Positions 25,001 to 38,600 of a stretch of 64,000 nucleotides of DNA are shown piece after piece. The notes beneath the pieces were generated by a model, which saw only the letters and a program-made list of their open reading frames with translations, had not been told where the DNA came from and ran no database searches. Position 1 is the first letter of the stretch; the number at the start of each line of letters is the position of its first letter. Location of the stretch: NCBI RefSeq assembly GCF_002571385.2, contig NW_019218198.1:11933-75932 (forward strand). Reading direction: 5' to 3'. The stretch comes from Stylophora pistillata (taxonomy: Eukaryota). The position numbers were made by a program, and so were the translations under genes.

Positions 25001-28000
25001 AAATATCATTGAAGTTTTCAATATCTAAGTGAATTTGACACTGCAGGTCCAGTTCTTCTTTTGAACTGTCTCTACATAGAATCCTTTTAAAATTGTCAAC
25101 CTTTACAGTATGCAGAACACTAGCTGGTAATGTATCTGAACCTAGTATAACATCTAGCTTAGCATTGAGATCTCTGCAGCCCAGTTGGCACAACATCCAA
25201 CCATAAAACTGGAACTAGCAGGTCTGAATTCTCATACACAAAGTATACACCAAAATAATTTTTCAAATTAGAGGAGGTTTTCAAAGTCAAAATTGATCAA
25301 CACAATGTATATATTTACCTGGATTTATAATTTCTTCTCCTTCTCTAAACTGAACAGATAATGAGGACCTACGTTTCCGTTTTAAGGATGTGACACCTGG
25401 TAAATTTGTACTTCCTTCCTCAATGCCAAGAGATGAAATCCTTTTGTTATGTGCCGTGTTGAACTCTGTTAAATCCTGTTTTCATCCAAAAATATAGCTT
25501 GGCTCAGAATAAAATGATATCTACAATTATCTTAACTTGCAGTGTCTCTTGTTACTTTGGTCATTTTGCCAAATCTCCAAAGCAGTGGGATATACCCAGA
25601 CATATTTAAACCTGCTTAATGTATTTCTGCAAAGTGCACATGGTCATTGACATTCATAAACTACCCTTGTGGTTTATCTACTTGCTACATTATCTTGAAT
25701 AACAAAAAGTTCATTACTGGTTGACAGGGTGTTCGATTACAAAAGTTCACCCTTTGACTTCTCAATTATATAGAAGGCCAGTCTAACCTTTGAAAACTAT
25801 AATTATCAATAAATGATAATAATCAATCATAATGGTGTCTGCATTAACTTGACAGAGGAGTCAGCTGAGTACAGGTTCAGTTTATAACTATCAAAGGAAA
25901 ATGTCTGGGATTTTATGTTTGCTAACAAACGGGGTGTTGACCCTGTCCATTGACCCCTTAGAGTAACTGGCATCTAATTTCTCTTTACAATATCACCCCT
26001 GAATCACACAACAATAAAGGAAACATTCACCAACTAAACTCCTGATTGTTAAACTAATTCTCCTTTTCGGAGAATATGCATATTGATATTATGAAGTGGA
26101 GGGTTAATTAAGGGTTTTCTCACAACAGGTTTCATAGTAGTTGTTTGTAATAAAATCAAAATGTAAATTCTTACATCTAATTCTGTGTCTGATTCAGGAA
26201 GTCCCAGTAATCCTCCTTTTGAACTTTCTTCATTATCATCCTCCATTTTTCCTGAATCATCTGCTTTAAGTCCAGTGTTTGGAATTGCTGGCTTTTCTCG
26301 CAGAACATAGCTTCTAGAAGATGCACCAAACCTTATCACACTATCTACTTGAACTTGTGTTGGTTTTTGAGGCTCTAAACGTATTGTTCCAATAAAAGTA
26401 CCATGTGCTAAAGAATAAGACAACAGAAACCAAAAACATGTCTTTGTCAAGACCAATGAAATTTATAACAAGTAGTAAATATTGCCTTTTGGTAACAGTC
26501 AAAAAAGTTCAAGTGCGTCCTCGTATCAACCATTGTCAAATGCACTGCCTTGGTACACTGTTTCAGATCTTGTCTTGAGAATGAATGATCAGCAACTTAG
26601 TTCTCCTAAATATTTCAAAATGCTTTAACTAAGCCACACTGTCTTTGATATCAGACCAAATTATCAATATTAGCCAACAAAGAAATGTTCCTTAGTCAGG
26701 AGAAAGGGGAGTTTCATCTGACCAGTTGGGGACACTTAATTAAGCTCGTAGCACTTTCCTCAAACTTAATATTTAATCTGTATACACTGTGAGCTACTCA
26801 CTGCTTTTAAGATCAATCAAAAATGATCTATTCAGATGTTTGTGAAAGACCAGAGCTGCATGGACTCGAGAACATGATGTGTGTTCCAAATTAAAATCAC
26901 AAGCTTCTTTGTTTCTTCCAAATAAGTAGTATGGCTTCTGGTCAATAATCAGTTTCTATATCAAGATATATTAAACATACAATAAATATTTTCACCTAAA
27001 AACTGGAAGAGGATACATACATTTTACTTAGTATACATGGGCATGAGTCATGTTGTTACCAATGAAAGAATAGTTCAAAAGGTTCATTTTAAAGTGCCAA
27101 GCATCGCACTACTGTTGGCTGTCATTTCAGTTTCTAAAGCATGAAATAACTATAGAATATTTGGCTCTTGCTGATGATCATTCTGTCATTTTGGTCACTA
27201 TCTCTCCCACTGTCATGAACAAAGCTTAAGGATTACTCTGTTAGTTTGTCTGAGGAGTAATAACACCCATCTATACTCAAGATGAGATGCCTAAAGCTCA
27301 CCCACTACTGATCTAGCACATTATAAAACCATGCAAACCAGCTCATATGGAAGCACAGTCTGTTCTAGTGCAAAGTATTAAATTCACTCATGGACATTTT
27401 AAATTGTTGCTTCTCAGACTTTCCATGGTAAAATGACAGAAAAAAGCATCTGTTCAATATTAGATCAAAGATGACATCAAAATGTGATAAGAACAAAAAA
27501 GCAGTACACGAGGTGCAGTGAATGCATTTGATACTACTGTTTTTAACACATCTTGATGGCTTCTGTGATCTGAACAGATGCAAGTAACCATGGAATCTAA
27601 TTTTTTTATAAAAGGGAGAAAAATTTCATTGATGATGAGATGAAAATTAATACATAATTATCTGTCCTTCAATGCATGAAGCTAACAACCAATCAAAATG
27701 CGGTATAATACCGCTTTCTGTTTTATTAGATACAAATACTTGAATATGGCATTCATTTAACTTAGGTGAAGCATAATCAACAACAAAGCCAACGTATTGT
27801 ACAGCGTTGTTGAAGTTTGAAAAGAAAAAGCCAGCAGGATTTCCGCAAAACCCCATACTTCATTCTGCACACAGTTCTTGGATAAGAGAAAGCAGAAGCA
27901 AAACGACAGACTACCTTTGGAATTACGGCTTTGTTTATGATTGGTATGGGATTATACGGAGGTCTTTCTAAAAAGCTTACTTCTCAATAATTCAGCTATA

Positions 28001-28255
28001 AAACTTAACACGTGTTTGTACCTTTAGCACAATTTTTGGTATTTGTTTTGATTTATGAGATTTACCTCTACTAAATTCGTCTGTTTCATAACATCTAAAT
28101 GAAGTCCCTGTGGTGGTTTTCCTGCCCTGTGAGAGATATCATTTGTGCGTTTATATAATCAGCAAATAACAAAACAGGTTATTTCTAAAACCTTACCAGC
28201 CAGGCACATCAAAAGGTGGATTGTTCGCGGGAACAGAGGCCTTGTTAGCCGCCAT
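22024..28255 (-). CDS. PPP1R8: Nuclear inhibitor of protein phosphatase 1 (NIPP1), 7 exons
   Basis: FDVPGWAGKPPQGLHLDVMK; FHA domain YYLFGRN..HTSCSRVHAALVFHKHLNRSFLIDLKS.HGTFIG..RFGASSRSY; LLGLPE; EIINPEDIDPTVGKFRNMVQT; C-terminus KKKKYAKEAWPGKKPTPSLLI, matching the NIPP1 tail. Confidence 0.96.
23763..23836 (+). repeat. tRNA(Thr)-like head of an interspersed repeat (SINE or pseudo-tRNA)
   Basis: ggcttgttagctcaattggtagagcgctgcactagtatcgcagaggtcagtggttcgaatcccgtacaggcc with A/B boxes and a T-run. Stems are imperfect and it sits in repeat-like context. Confidence 0.6.
27420..27612. repeat. Decayed hairpin repeat (same family as 57350-57545)
   Basis: Shared motifs ttccatg..catctg..gatg(a/t)catcaaaatgt and catggaatcta; self-complementary arms. 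Confidence 0.6.
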
Positions 28256-28415
28256 TTTAGTTCGCTTTGTTATTTGAGAGACTGGTACTGGTATTCGATG
28301 TACCTACCAATATCCCGGATATTTTCTTCCCAGGATTCACCGTCGTAATTTTCCCGCCATCACTCATCCAACTCTCTTGGACACTTGTTCTGTAGTGCAG
28401 TTCGTTCGAATCAAG
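28256..28415. promoter_or_regulatory. Bidirectional promoter PPP1R8/NSMCE1
   Basis: Divergent ATGs 160 bp apart; E2F-like ttttcccgcc at ~28349-28358; YY1-like AAAATGGCGG over the PPP1R8 start codon. Confidence 0.7.
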
Positions 28416-31400
28416 ATGAGAGATCCCCATCGACTTTTCTTAAAGAGCCTCATGTCTAAACAGTTTCTTTCTGAGACGGAGACTAAGACTCTCTGCCAGA
28501 AATGTTGCAGCGCCAGTGAAGGTAAGAAAAAGGTCTCAGTTGCTCACCCTACCTCAAATGAATTCAGAAATTAAAAAGAGCAATTCCTGATTGAAATGTA
28601 TCATACAGAAATAACCTCATCAAACGTTTCATAATAATTTCAGATGAAAGCCTTGCTGAGGATTTTGAAGCATTCCTAGAAACTGTTAACAAAAATTTGA
28701 AACTATTCTTCATGGAGATCAGACGAGGAGTTTCAGAAGAAGATGGAGCCGTCCATTTCGGTTTGGTACTTAATGTATTGCTGTTACGTCGGAATTTTTT
28801 CCTACTTACGATCCTTGACTTGACCAGGCGATTGTGGCATTTCAAAATTTTTTGTTACGTAGTTTATAGTAATCTATAACGGACTGCCATCTTTTACATT
28901 TTATTGTACTATACCAATTCCAAAGGGAACCGATTACCTCGCCACCAGGGAGTCTCCCCACCAACCAATTCGCCACCACAAAACGACCTCGCCACCAAGC
29001 GAAGTCTTCTCAATTTTTGCAAAATACATTATGACAATTTATGCATTAGATCAGCACATGAAAAGTACAGCATCTGAATCAAAGCCATTCCGAATTAGGT
29101 TCGGCTCATGAAAAGATCGGTGGGAAGTATGTTAGTTCGAGGTGAGAATTTTAATTCATTAACACTTCACTTCATGCATACTGTTTGTCAGATAAACGAT
29201 TCATCCAATCCAATTGCGTGTTTTATTCTAAATGAAAATTTCGATCCTGGGGAAGCGTATAAAAGGGGCACTTTATTCAATCCATTCATTCTGAGCTATT
29301 CCATTATGTCGACCAAGTGCATTTCTTGCAAACAGCCAGTCAGAGCCCATCAAGAAGGTCTCTAGTGTGATGATTGTCTCCGTTGGCAACACCGCAAGTG
29401 TGGCACCAGAGTATGCCAGTCTGATTACTGTGATGCAGTCAAAAACGGTACTTCAATTGACTGGTGCTGTTCTACATACGACTTCGTTGAGCCGTTCCCT
29501 CTTGCTGAAAGCACTCCTGTTAACTTCGGGTCCGCTGTCTACGATTCACCTTCTGCTCAGTCTGTCGACTTGCAGTTAATTAAATTGCGATTCGAGATGA
29601 ATCATCCATTTTCAAACCGCCCTCAATGCCAGACATAGTGCCAATGGAAACCTCTTTGGAAGATTCAGCCGTAGGACCAGACCTGCCACCAGAAGCGCCA
29701 GTTGAGACAACCTACCACGTCGTTCTGGAGGGCACTATACAGGGGAAAACGAAGCTGGTAACCAACACCGGCTATGCGTTTAAAAATAGGTGGGAGACAA
29801 CTGGGTCTCAAGTACAATGTTGCCTTCCTCCTGCTGGTCCGTCTACATGCTGCCTACAAGAACCAACAACGACATCGAGGGGTGGCACCACAGTGTCAAT
29901 CGAAGAGCCACCAACCAAGTTCACCTTCTCCTCTACCTGCTAATGGTGCTGCTACACAAGGAAGCTAGGTTCGTATTAGTGCAGATTCACCTTGTGTCTG
30001 ACAGCAAGCTGTCCCGCTTCCAGAGGAAGAAGTACCGCCTGTTGCAGTCCAAGATTTTCAAGTACTGGGAAGGACTACAACACCGACGTGATTTCAGCCT
30101 GCCGCCTCCTAAAGTTGTGCAGCTTCATCAACAGCCCTTTTGCCAGATGCTGAACTGTGACATTCTTAAAAACGTCTCCTTTACGAGCCATCGGTTCCCA
30201 AAGGAGGCGATGAAGTACGATTTAGCTGATCTTTTCATGAGCCGAACCTAATTCGGAACAGCTTTGATTCAGACTCTGTAATTTTCATCCAAATGCATAA
30301 GTTGTTATAATGTACTTTGCAAAAATAATTTGGGTCGGTCCAAATTCAAATTGAGTTTGGCTCATGAAAAGTTCGGCGTCTGAACCCAGCCTATGGGTGC
30401 GAGAAAAACAAAATAAACAGAAGCCTTTTTTTTGGTACGATCTGACCGGATACCTATTACAACACAACCGTTGATTTAGTGTTAGATTTATTAAGTGCAT
30501 CGTTGGTGGCGAGGTGACCGTAAACCATTCCAAATATGGGAAATAATTTTTTTTAACCCTTTCGCTGCGGGCCATTTTTTCACCCCTGTGTGGGTTTAAA
30601 ATTGGGATTTTCGCAAACTTTTTTTTTTAATTAAATTATCATGTTTTTAAACGATTCTTAGCTTCAGAAATCAGTTTTTTGATAAAAACTAGGTATTATT
30701 TACATTATTTATAGATTTTGTCAATAAAAAATGTCACTTAATAATGATATTCAGTGTGGTAGATATTCTGATATGGTATGATATTCTGTGTGATACGTAG
30801 TCATCGTCATTTACGCCTTCTTCTGAGCCAGAAAAATCATCCTCGTCTCCTGAATCATCCCAGACTCTTTCCAAAACATCATTGACTGTTAATCTACTCA
30901 TAACTGGCGGATGAATGAAAGATACACTTGCAAAACGCTCGAAAATACACTCGTGAAAAAACCAAGATGGCGGCTAGCATCGAAAAAATAACACTGGGCA
31001 CAAATCATAGGTTTAAAAGTCATATATCTCTCACCAAATGTATTCTTCGTTACCAGGCCCTTAGAAGTCTTGTTATATGCGGTCTAATTGTTTTTACGAT
31101 GTGCGTAAGTTTTCATATAAAGGCTATACTTGAGGACGTACTGAGTACGTCCTTGTAGCATATGTGTAATCTGAGACAGGACGTACTGAGTACGTCCTTG
31201 TAGCAGTGAAAGGGTTAATCAAGTGCTATAATGAAGGTGTTGGGTTCACACAAGGTATGGGAAGGAAAAATTACATGCTTTCTCGGAAGTAATTGTCGGA
31301 ACTATCTGTTTCTTCCCTCCAAGGTTAATACAGCAGAGGATGAGGCTTCAAAACTGGCAACAGATTTTTCTCCAAGTGATATTGCATTCTTCAAAAAAGC

Positions 31401-33952
31401 AGTAAGAATACATGTAAAATTCATATACCATGACATGAGAGCATCTTGAAATTAAATTTTGGTAATTCTATACAGATGAACAAATAAAATGTGGTTCAGA
31501 CATGGAAATTGTCACGACCTTCCACGACCAAAGTGACAAATGTGAGATGGCTGAAATGTTATGAATGAATTCCCCTCAAAGTGGCTTTATGAAAAATCTT
31601 GCTTGAATTATGGTTGAACATTTAGGCTCAAAGCTTGTGTTTGTATGTCTGTGCAGATGGACCTCATAGTTGCTTCACCAGATGGGTTGGCATCTTCGAT
31701 GGAGATACTCAATGCTACACATGATTTGGAGAAAACTATCAAAATAAAGATGAGTATTACACATGCTGAAAACCTGGTTGAAAGACTTATTAAAGATAAA
31801 TGGATGTCAGAGGTCAGTCTATACTTATTGACATAGTTTAGACCTAAATTTGATTAAGTGGAATAATTTCCCAAACTTATAAGGAAATAATTTCTCTTAA
31901 GAATTTTTAAGAGCAGCAGATAGGTGGTAAGAATGAAGAAAATTATAAACAAGGGGATATTGTCTTGATATAACACCAAATTATAATGGATATTATGGAG
32001 AGAAAAATTACAATCATTAGTTTGGAGAATTGACTATTAGATCTTTGTACTGAATTCAAAGGTTAATTAATGACAATCACATAATTTTTTTACCACACCC
32101 TGTGATACTACAGTCAAAGGTAGATGTACTTACTTTCGGACCTCTGTACCTGGACCTTGATCAGAACCTGCCCCTGCCATCACTAACTATTGTATTTCCC
32201 TTTTTTTTTTTACAAAACTGTCCTATTCATTCATTAATTTATTTATTTACTTTTTAATATAGGGTCTTTGTAATATTGTACTAAGTTGTTGAAATTTAAA
32301 AAAATGTAGTTGTTAAAAAGACAATTTGTGACAGCAACTAACACTGACATAACCAAAGAAGATGTATTTAGTTTTTGGAACTGATTATTTTGATTTCAGT
32401 TGTCAGGATCATACACTTTGGGACCAAAAGCAATGTTGGAACTACGTCCATATCTAAAACGAGTGTATGAAGATGAAATAGTGGACTGTATGATTTGTCG
32501 CGACATAGCTGTAAGGGTTAGTACCTTAACTCATACAGGTTTTGGATTGTAGTGATAAGATTTTGCATGGTTCCATTCATCTTTTAACAAACCATTTTTG
32601 AAGTGTAGCTCTTTCATTTTATGTCAGGGACAGTGTTGCACTCAGTGTGATGGCAAGATTCATAATCATTGTGCTGCTCGCTTCTTTAATGGAAGGTAAT
32701 AAATGTACAGTTCTCAAAAACACAGGTCGCAAGTGTAAGGTGTCGTGCACTTTGGATCACATTTAGTGAGATTTAGGGATTACTTTGAATAGAGCCAGCT
32801 TGGGTTCAAGTACTTAGATTAGACCGGTGCACATAACCTTTGCAACATAGCAGTGACAAATTATGAAATAAAAGTTTTAACCATTTTACTTTCAGGCATG
32901 ACCAAGAAGTAATTGAACTCTTAACAATATCAGTATATTGTTGGCAACTAACATCAGACAAAATGTATAGCTGAGTGAGGAGAGTCAGTTTTCAGTCTTA
33001 GAAGTTAAACGTTTTAGTTGAATCCTAATAAATAGTTTGGAATGTTCACATGGGAAGAATTCTTGTCTGGTTACTGGGATGAAGATCTAGCTGACTTTTC
33101 ATAAGAGCACATCGAAATTTTGATTGAGAAATAGATAATGGTAAAGCAAGATCTCAGATGGTAATCAAGCTTATCAGACTAAGGTCATATGAAGGAGCCC
33201 CAAAATTGATGGCCAAACATCCTTGTGTTGTTTGATTAAATCCAACAGAGCTCAGAAGACATGTCCAAACCAACAGTGTGGTGCCATTTGGACACATAGA
33301 GTTCCTCACTTGTCAACATCATCTTCTCAAGCAAATGGTAAGTGAAATTATGAAATACTTAAATGAAGATTATTATTTTCTGGATATAAAAGCAAGTACA
33401 TATTTCTGCTGTTAAGAAATTGCTTACAAGTATCAGCATAAGGTATGTGCTTTTGCTTTTTGGGGGCCATTATGTAAACTACCAGGTAGCGAGTAATAAT
33501 GTATTGTACCCTCGATAAATAAAGTGTTTGTTGTTGTTGTTGTTGCTGCCATGAGCTTGGGATGCCTGTGCTCTAACTTACATGAGAAATATCCAGCACA
33601 TATTCAAGAAATTTACACGAGTAAACCAGATTGTGAGAATTAATGGTTTGAGATGTTTCTTGATTTTGGCATATTCTATATTGGGGTGTGTTTGGGAAGG
33701 CTAGAAAATTTCCCAGTGAAACTGGAATATTTTGCAACAAAGAAATGGAAAGAAATTTTACATCCCAGAGGACTTGCCTTCAAATTGATTTTAAAAGTCA
33801 GATAACAACTCTGATGTTGTTAATTCTCCAAGCTGGAAAAAATCAATTCAGAAGTAGTGTATAGCAAAACAGGACTTCTTACTTTACTATTTTGCATTCA
33901 AGGTGAAAGTAATACTGTAGCAGGAAGGCATCACAAGAAGAGAAGAAAATAG
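28416..33952 (+). CDS. NSMCE1: Nse1 subunit of the SMC5/6 complex (RING), 8 exons
   Basis: MRDPHRLFLKSLMS; FMEIRRGVSEEDG..FGLVNTAEDEASKLATDFSPSDIAFFKKA; LIKDKWMSE; YTLGPKAMLELRPYL; RING CMICRDIAVRGQCCTQCDGKIHNHCAARFF..CPNQQCGAIW; TAG at 33950-33952. Confidence 0.92.
28925..30526 (+). mobile_element. Internally deleted Mutator-like (MULE) DNA transposon with PHD-finger, FLYWCH-like and transposase remnants
   Basis: TIRs gggaaccgattacctcgccacca / tggtggcgaggtgaccgtaaacc; 8-bp TSD attccaaa. Broken ORFs: CISC..CDDCLRWQHRKC..WCC (PHD), GKTKLVTNTGYAF, WSVY..RTNNDIEGWH (MULE C-terminal). Confidence 0.85.
30557..31214 (-). mobile_element. Non-autonomous piggyBac element
   Basis: TTAA TSDs (30553-30556, 31215-31218); TIRs ccctttcgctgc / gcagtgaaaggg; duplicated palindromic subterminal repeat aggacgtactgagtacgtccttgtagca; acidic N-terminal transposase remnant MSRLTVNDVLERVWDDSGDEDDFSGSEE on - from 30901. 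Confidence 0.85.
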
Positions 33953-35697
33953 GCAAAGTAACACAGACTTTGATAGAGGACCAAACAAACAGAAAATTGA
34001 TTTAAAAAGTTATATTTATTGTACTCTGACATTAAGAGCAAAGGGAATTGTTCAAATTTCAAGTAGGAGTTTCCCCACATTTTTTTGTAAAACCAAACTC
34101 TACTCAGCTTATCAACATCAACAGTAAATTAAACTAGTTGTGAAATGGTAGTAGAAACATATAAAGTTGTTACACTTGTAAGCCTTGAATACTCCTGAAT
34201 TGTTTTTCCTTTTGACTTGAATGTGTGCCAAAAAAATTATCTGTGATCTGAATAATAATCAAAGTTAAAGAAAGAAACAGCTAACTGGTATTCTGAATAA
34301 AAAAAAACTTCTTATGAGAATCACAGTGTTTGATAACATTTTTGCCTCTCTTTCCACTTTCCACATTTGGGTAGTAGCATGGTAGCATCTCTGAGGATAT
34401 CACATTAAAAAAAAACATGATTATCCTTGTTGTTCTGGTATGTGGTATGTTTGTTTGTTTTGGTGAGTTTTTGTTGGGTTTCCTGACAGCTGATGTTGCA
34501 CCACTGATGGATTGACCCCTTCAAAACCAAAGAATCTAAATGTTCCAGTTAGGTGATGTATAATTAGTAAACTGTACTTTTAGATGAAGACTCAGAGTAA
34601 GTGGTCAACACATTGTAATCTACATATCATGGAACACATTTCAAGGAACTTTTTCTGAGACAAAACACAACAGTTTATTACAGACCTTCACCACCATAAC
34701 AAATGAATTAAACATTTTTTTAGGACATACACATTAAAATGAAGTTCTATACTAGTCAAAATAAATAAATAGCCTATAAATTATTTGCATCTGAAACATT
34801 TATATTTTTTCTCTAACTCTGATATTAAAATTTTATTGAGATGTGAAGTACTTTTCTACCCTGTTTCTTTACAGTTTAATAATGTTCATCCTCTTTTCCA
34901 GATAACTCAAGTTGAATTGATATGTATAATTATAATCTTCTTAATTTTTTTTTATACTTATTATAACTACTTTAACTGGCATAATGTTATGTAAATAACA
35001 AATGAAACATTAAACTCACACATAGTAAATGTTTTTGGGTTAATGCCAGTTTCAAAATTGAATTTGTCGTGTAACAGCATTTATACAGTGAATATGTCAC
35101 TGTTAGTAAGGCCATGAAAACCAGGTTGCTGGACCAAATCCATGTAACGAGGTTATCAAGATGTTGCAAGGTTTCTTCGCTTTACATGCTGACAGGTGCC
35201 TCTCCAAAGTAATTATCGGCAGAGCTGTTCCATATTTCTATTAAAGTGCTACTTAAGATTACTCCATGCAGTCTAAGTAAAACAGAAACCCATATCCTGG
35301 GTGAAATAAATTTTGTCATATTTATGCTGTGAGAACTTTTTTTTTATTAACTCTTGAACTCTCAGAAGTGATAAGCATGTAACTGTCTTCTACAACTTAA
35401 ATTCACCAAAACAAGTTTGAACTTAGGCAGATACACCTGAGAATAAGAACAAGGTTAGCCTTCATGGAAATTTTCCAGAATACAGACTTTCATACGAGTA
35501 TGTCCTTTATTAACTTTTAGGGTCGTGAAAAAAATGAAATTAAAATGTCCAAAGGTCTGTCCCACAAGCTTCATGATCTTAGATTTTCATTGATTGCAGC
35601 TAAAGAGAATTACTTCAGCCAGCTCATGAGTGTTAAAAGGTTACAAAACTACTTGCAGTTAATTAAATTGCAAAATTATTAAATGCATTTCATTGTT

Positions 35698-38600
35698 TTA
35701 TATAACAGCCACTCCCATCCCTTCAATGGCAAGAGGTAATGAGGAAAATTCCTCCCACTTGTTACTTAAGGGATCATAACAATCAATCTTTTCTGTTTCA
35801 ACATTCAGGCAAGCACCACCTATAGCTAATAGTTTGTCATCAACTGCCGCCACTCCTGGACTCTCCCGTCGCGTCAGCATGGGGGGCAAAGATAACCATC
35901 TGTTCATGCGTGGATCAAAACATTCCACAGAATTGTGATCCTCATCATAATCACTACCTCCAACCACAAATATTTTGTCCTTTAACACTGCAGCACCGAA
36001 ATACCTCCGTCTATAGCTCATAGCAACGCAAGCACTCCAGCGATCCAGGCGAGGATCATACCTCTCAACTGTGTTTAAGATAGACACACCATTATCACCT
36101 CCAATTGCATAAATAGCGCCATCCAGAGTTACCATGGCGACACCCTCTCGCATTGTGCTCATGGGCCTCATGTGAGTCCAAACATCTCTGGGGAAAGAAA
36201 TAATACAGAATTTTTACTTGGAGGAAGATTAAGGGCTGAGAAAGTTCTGCACCCTGAACAACTCTTACACTTCTCTCATGCTCTCCAAACTTTCTGAATG
36301 CACCCATAACTCAACATATGCATGGTAAGCACGAACCAATTCTTTACTTTCATTACTTTTTCCAGGTCATAAAATTTGTAAACTATGCAAACTATATTTA
36401 ATCCTGTGTGATGGATCTATCACATTCATCTAATTGGTAATCTGGAATTTTCAAAAACCATTGACTCAATTTTACCTGACTGGGTCATAACGTTCCAAAC
36501 TGTTGTATTCAGAACGAGAAAAGTCACTCCCTCCAGATGCATACAACCAACCATCTAACTCTACCAAACCAAAGGCGTGTCTTCCACATGCCATAGGCTG
36601 GACATATGTCCATTTGTCTGTTGCAGGATGGTAACACTCTACAGAGCTGAGAGCTACGTCACCATCACATCCTAAACAAAAAAAGTAGATTATTCAATTT
36701 TATTTGTAGTGGCCTTAACAATTTTGAAAGCCAAATGTAAGATCGTTGGGTGGTTTTGAATTAAGTTAACAGCAGCATCAGCCAAACTTTCTACTCATTA
36801 ATTTTCCACATGATTTTCTTTTAATTAAGAATAAAAGTTGCTTGCAAATTCTGAAACATTGTTAAATCCACAGAGTTTGTGGTGATCCACATGTCCAATA
36901 AGATGCCAACTGGGTATTGCAATATTGCAGATGAGTTGAATGTGTAGCTGAAAATCTGAACTTTTATGTTTGCAAAAAAAAATTCCTTGCTAACCTCCAG
37001 CAGCATAAATTAGTCCACTGTACACTGTGACACCTACTCCATCCCTATGCTTGTTCATGGGTGCAACCTCGTCCCATGTATTTGTCTCAAGGTTAAACCG
37101 TCTTACGCTGTTGAATACTCTGTTGTGTATTTCTCCCCCAACAATGTATATCATTGTACTCCCAGCCTTGTGCCTCGCCTCTGTCACAAATGAAATCTGG
37201 TCACGCCTTTCAGGAAGCAAGTGAAAGTTTTTTGCCTGACTGATTAATCTCATACATGAGTCATTGCTTTCCACCAGTTTCTCACTTTCAATACAGTCAA
37301 CTGAAAAGAAAACATTACCTTTCATGAGAGGAAAGTGAATGGTATTAATCCACATATAATAATAATAATAAACTGGAACAGAACCGATCACACAGCAAGT
37401 CCGGCTAAGGAGATGGAGATGGATTGGGCATGTGCTGTGCATGCCTTCAGCAGCTTTACCACGAGTTGCCCTCAGATGGACCCCTGAGGGTCGTGGGAAG
37501 AGAGGCAGGCCGAAAGAAACATGGAGGAGGACAGTGGAGAAACGGAACGACAAGCACCCGACAGAAGCCAATGGCGCTCTTTGGCCGAGGCCTTATGTGT
37601 TTCACAACACGAAGAGGATTAAGTAAGTAAGTAAGTAAGTAATAATAATAATAATAATAATAATAGTAATAATAACAATGTTAATATTTAATAGCAAAGA
37701 AAAGCCATTATCATTAGTACAATTATTATTATTATTACAATTTACTGTGGTTCTATTGACATATTTAACAACATAATACTACAGAAAAAAATAACAATTT
37801 CGAATTTTTAAAAGGAATTAAATCATTTCAGGTTAAGATCTTGTGCTTTTGGGGGCACTTTTTTTAAATTTCAGCTATGGGGGGGCACTTATTCTTCTGT
37901 ACTGATTCTGCTGTAGTCAAAGCTAAAAAAGTTTTAAAATAAGAGGTAATAGAAAAAGGTTTTGCTTGTATCCCTACTATTTTTGAAAGTGATGGAGGAG
38001 GGGGGTGTTTATTTGTGGGGGCACCTGTTTGAAAATTTGGCCCAGGAGGGTAGTCGCTTATTCGGGGAAGGGCACTTATAAGAGCGTGGGCGTTTATTTG
38101 AGGAAGTACAGTATACCTCTTTCAATGTAAAAATTTCAGAAAAAATCACTGATTAATATGTCACAAAGAATAATAACACTTTTCGTTTAAGCAATACTGT
38201 GGACTCAAACCAGTTAGAATATTAACAAAGTGTCAATTCCATCCCCTAAAAACCAATTTTGGTTAAGCAAAATTAATGTCATTTCCTCGTTCTTTTGTTT
38301 CCTTGATATCGAAATCGACTCTCACTATCAAAAGGCAGGATTAGAGATTTTGACCCAAGAGATGAACACCTTTAAAAGTCTCAATTGCAATTAACAAGAG
38401 CCACAGTAGTCAGGGTTTTTTTTTTTTTATGGCGAAAGTGAAGCGAAAACCTAGCAGCGTGACTTGTGAAATCGAACATCATATCAGCTGCACATTCGAA
38501 AACAAGAATTTTTAACACGAGAATATCACGAGAATTTTGCTTTCCGTAAGAAAATAAACAACATCACCGCGAGACAAAAAACTGAAACATCCTGGCTAAT

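Noticed and set aside
29626-30251. Host or domesticated gene
   Set aside because: Frameshifted, core-deleted and bounded by TIRs and a TSD.
36990-37571. 193-aa ORF as an independent gene
   Set aside because: Chimera of antisense RTE sequence and Kelch exon 2 (37300-36995).
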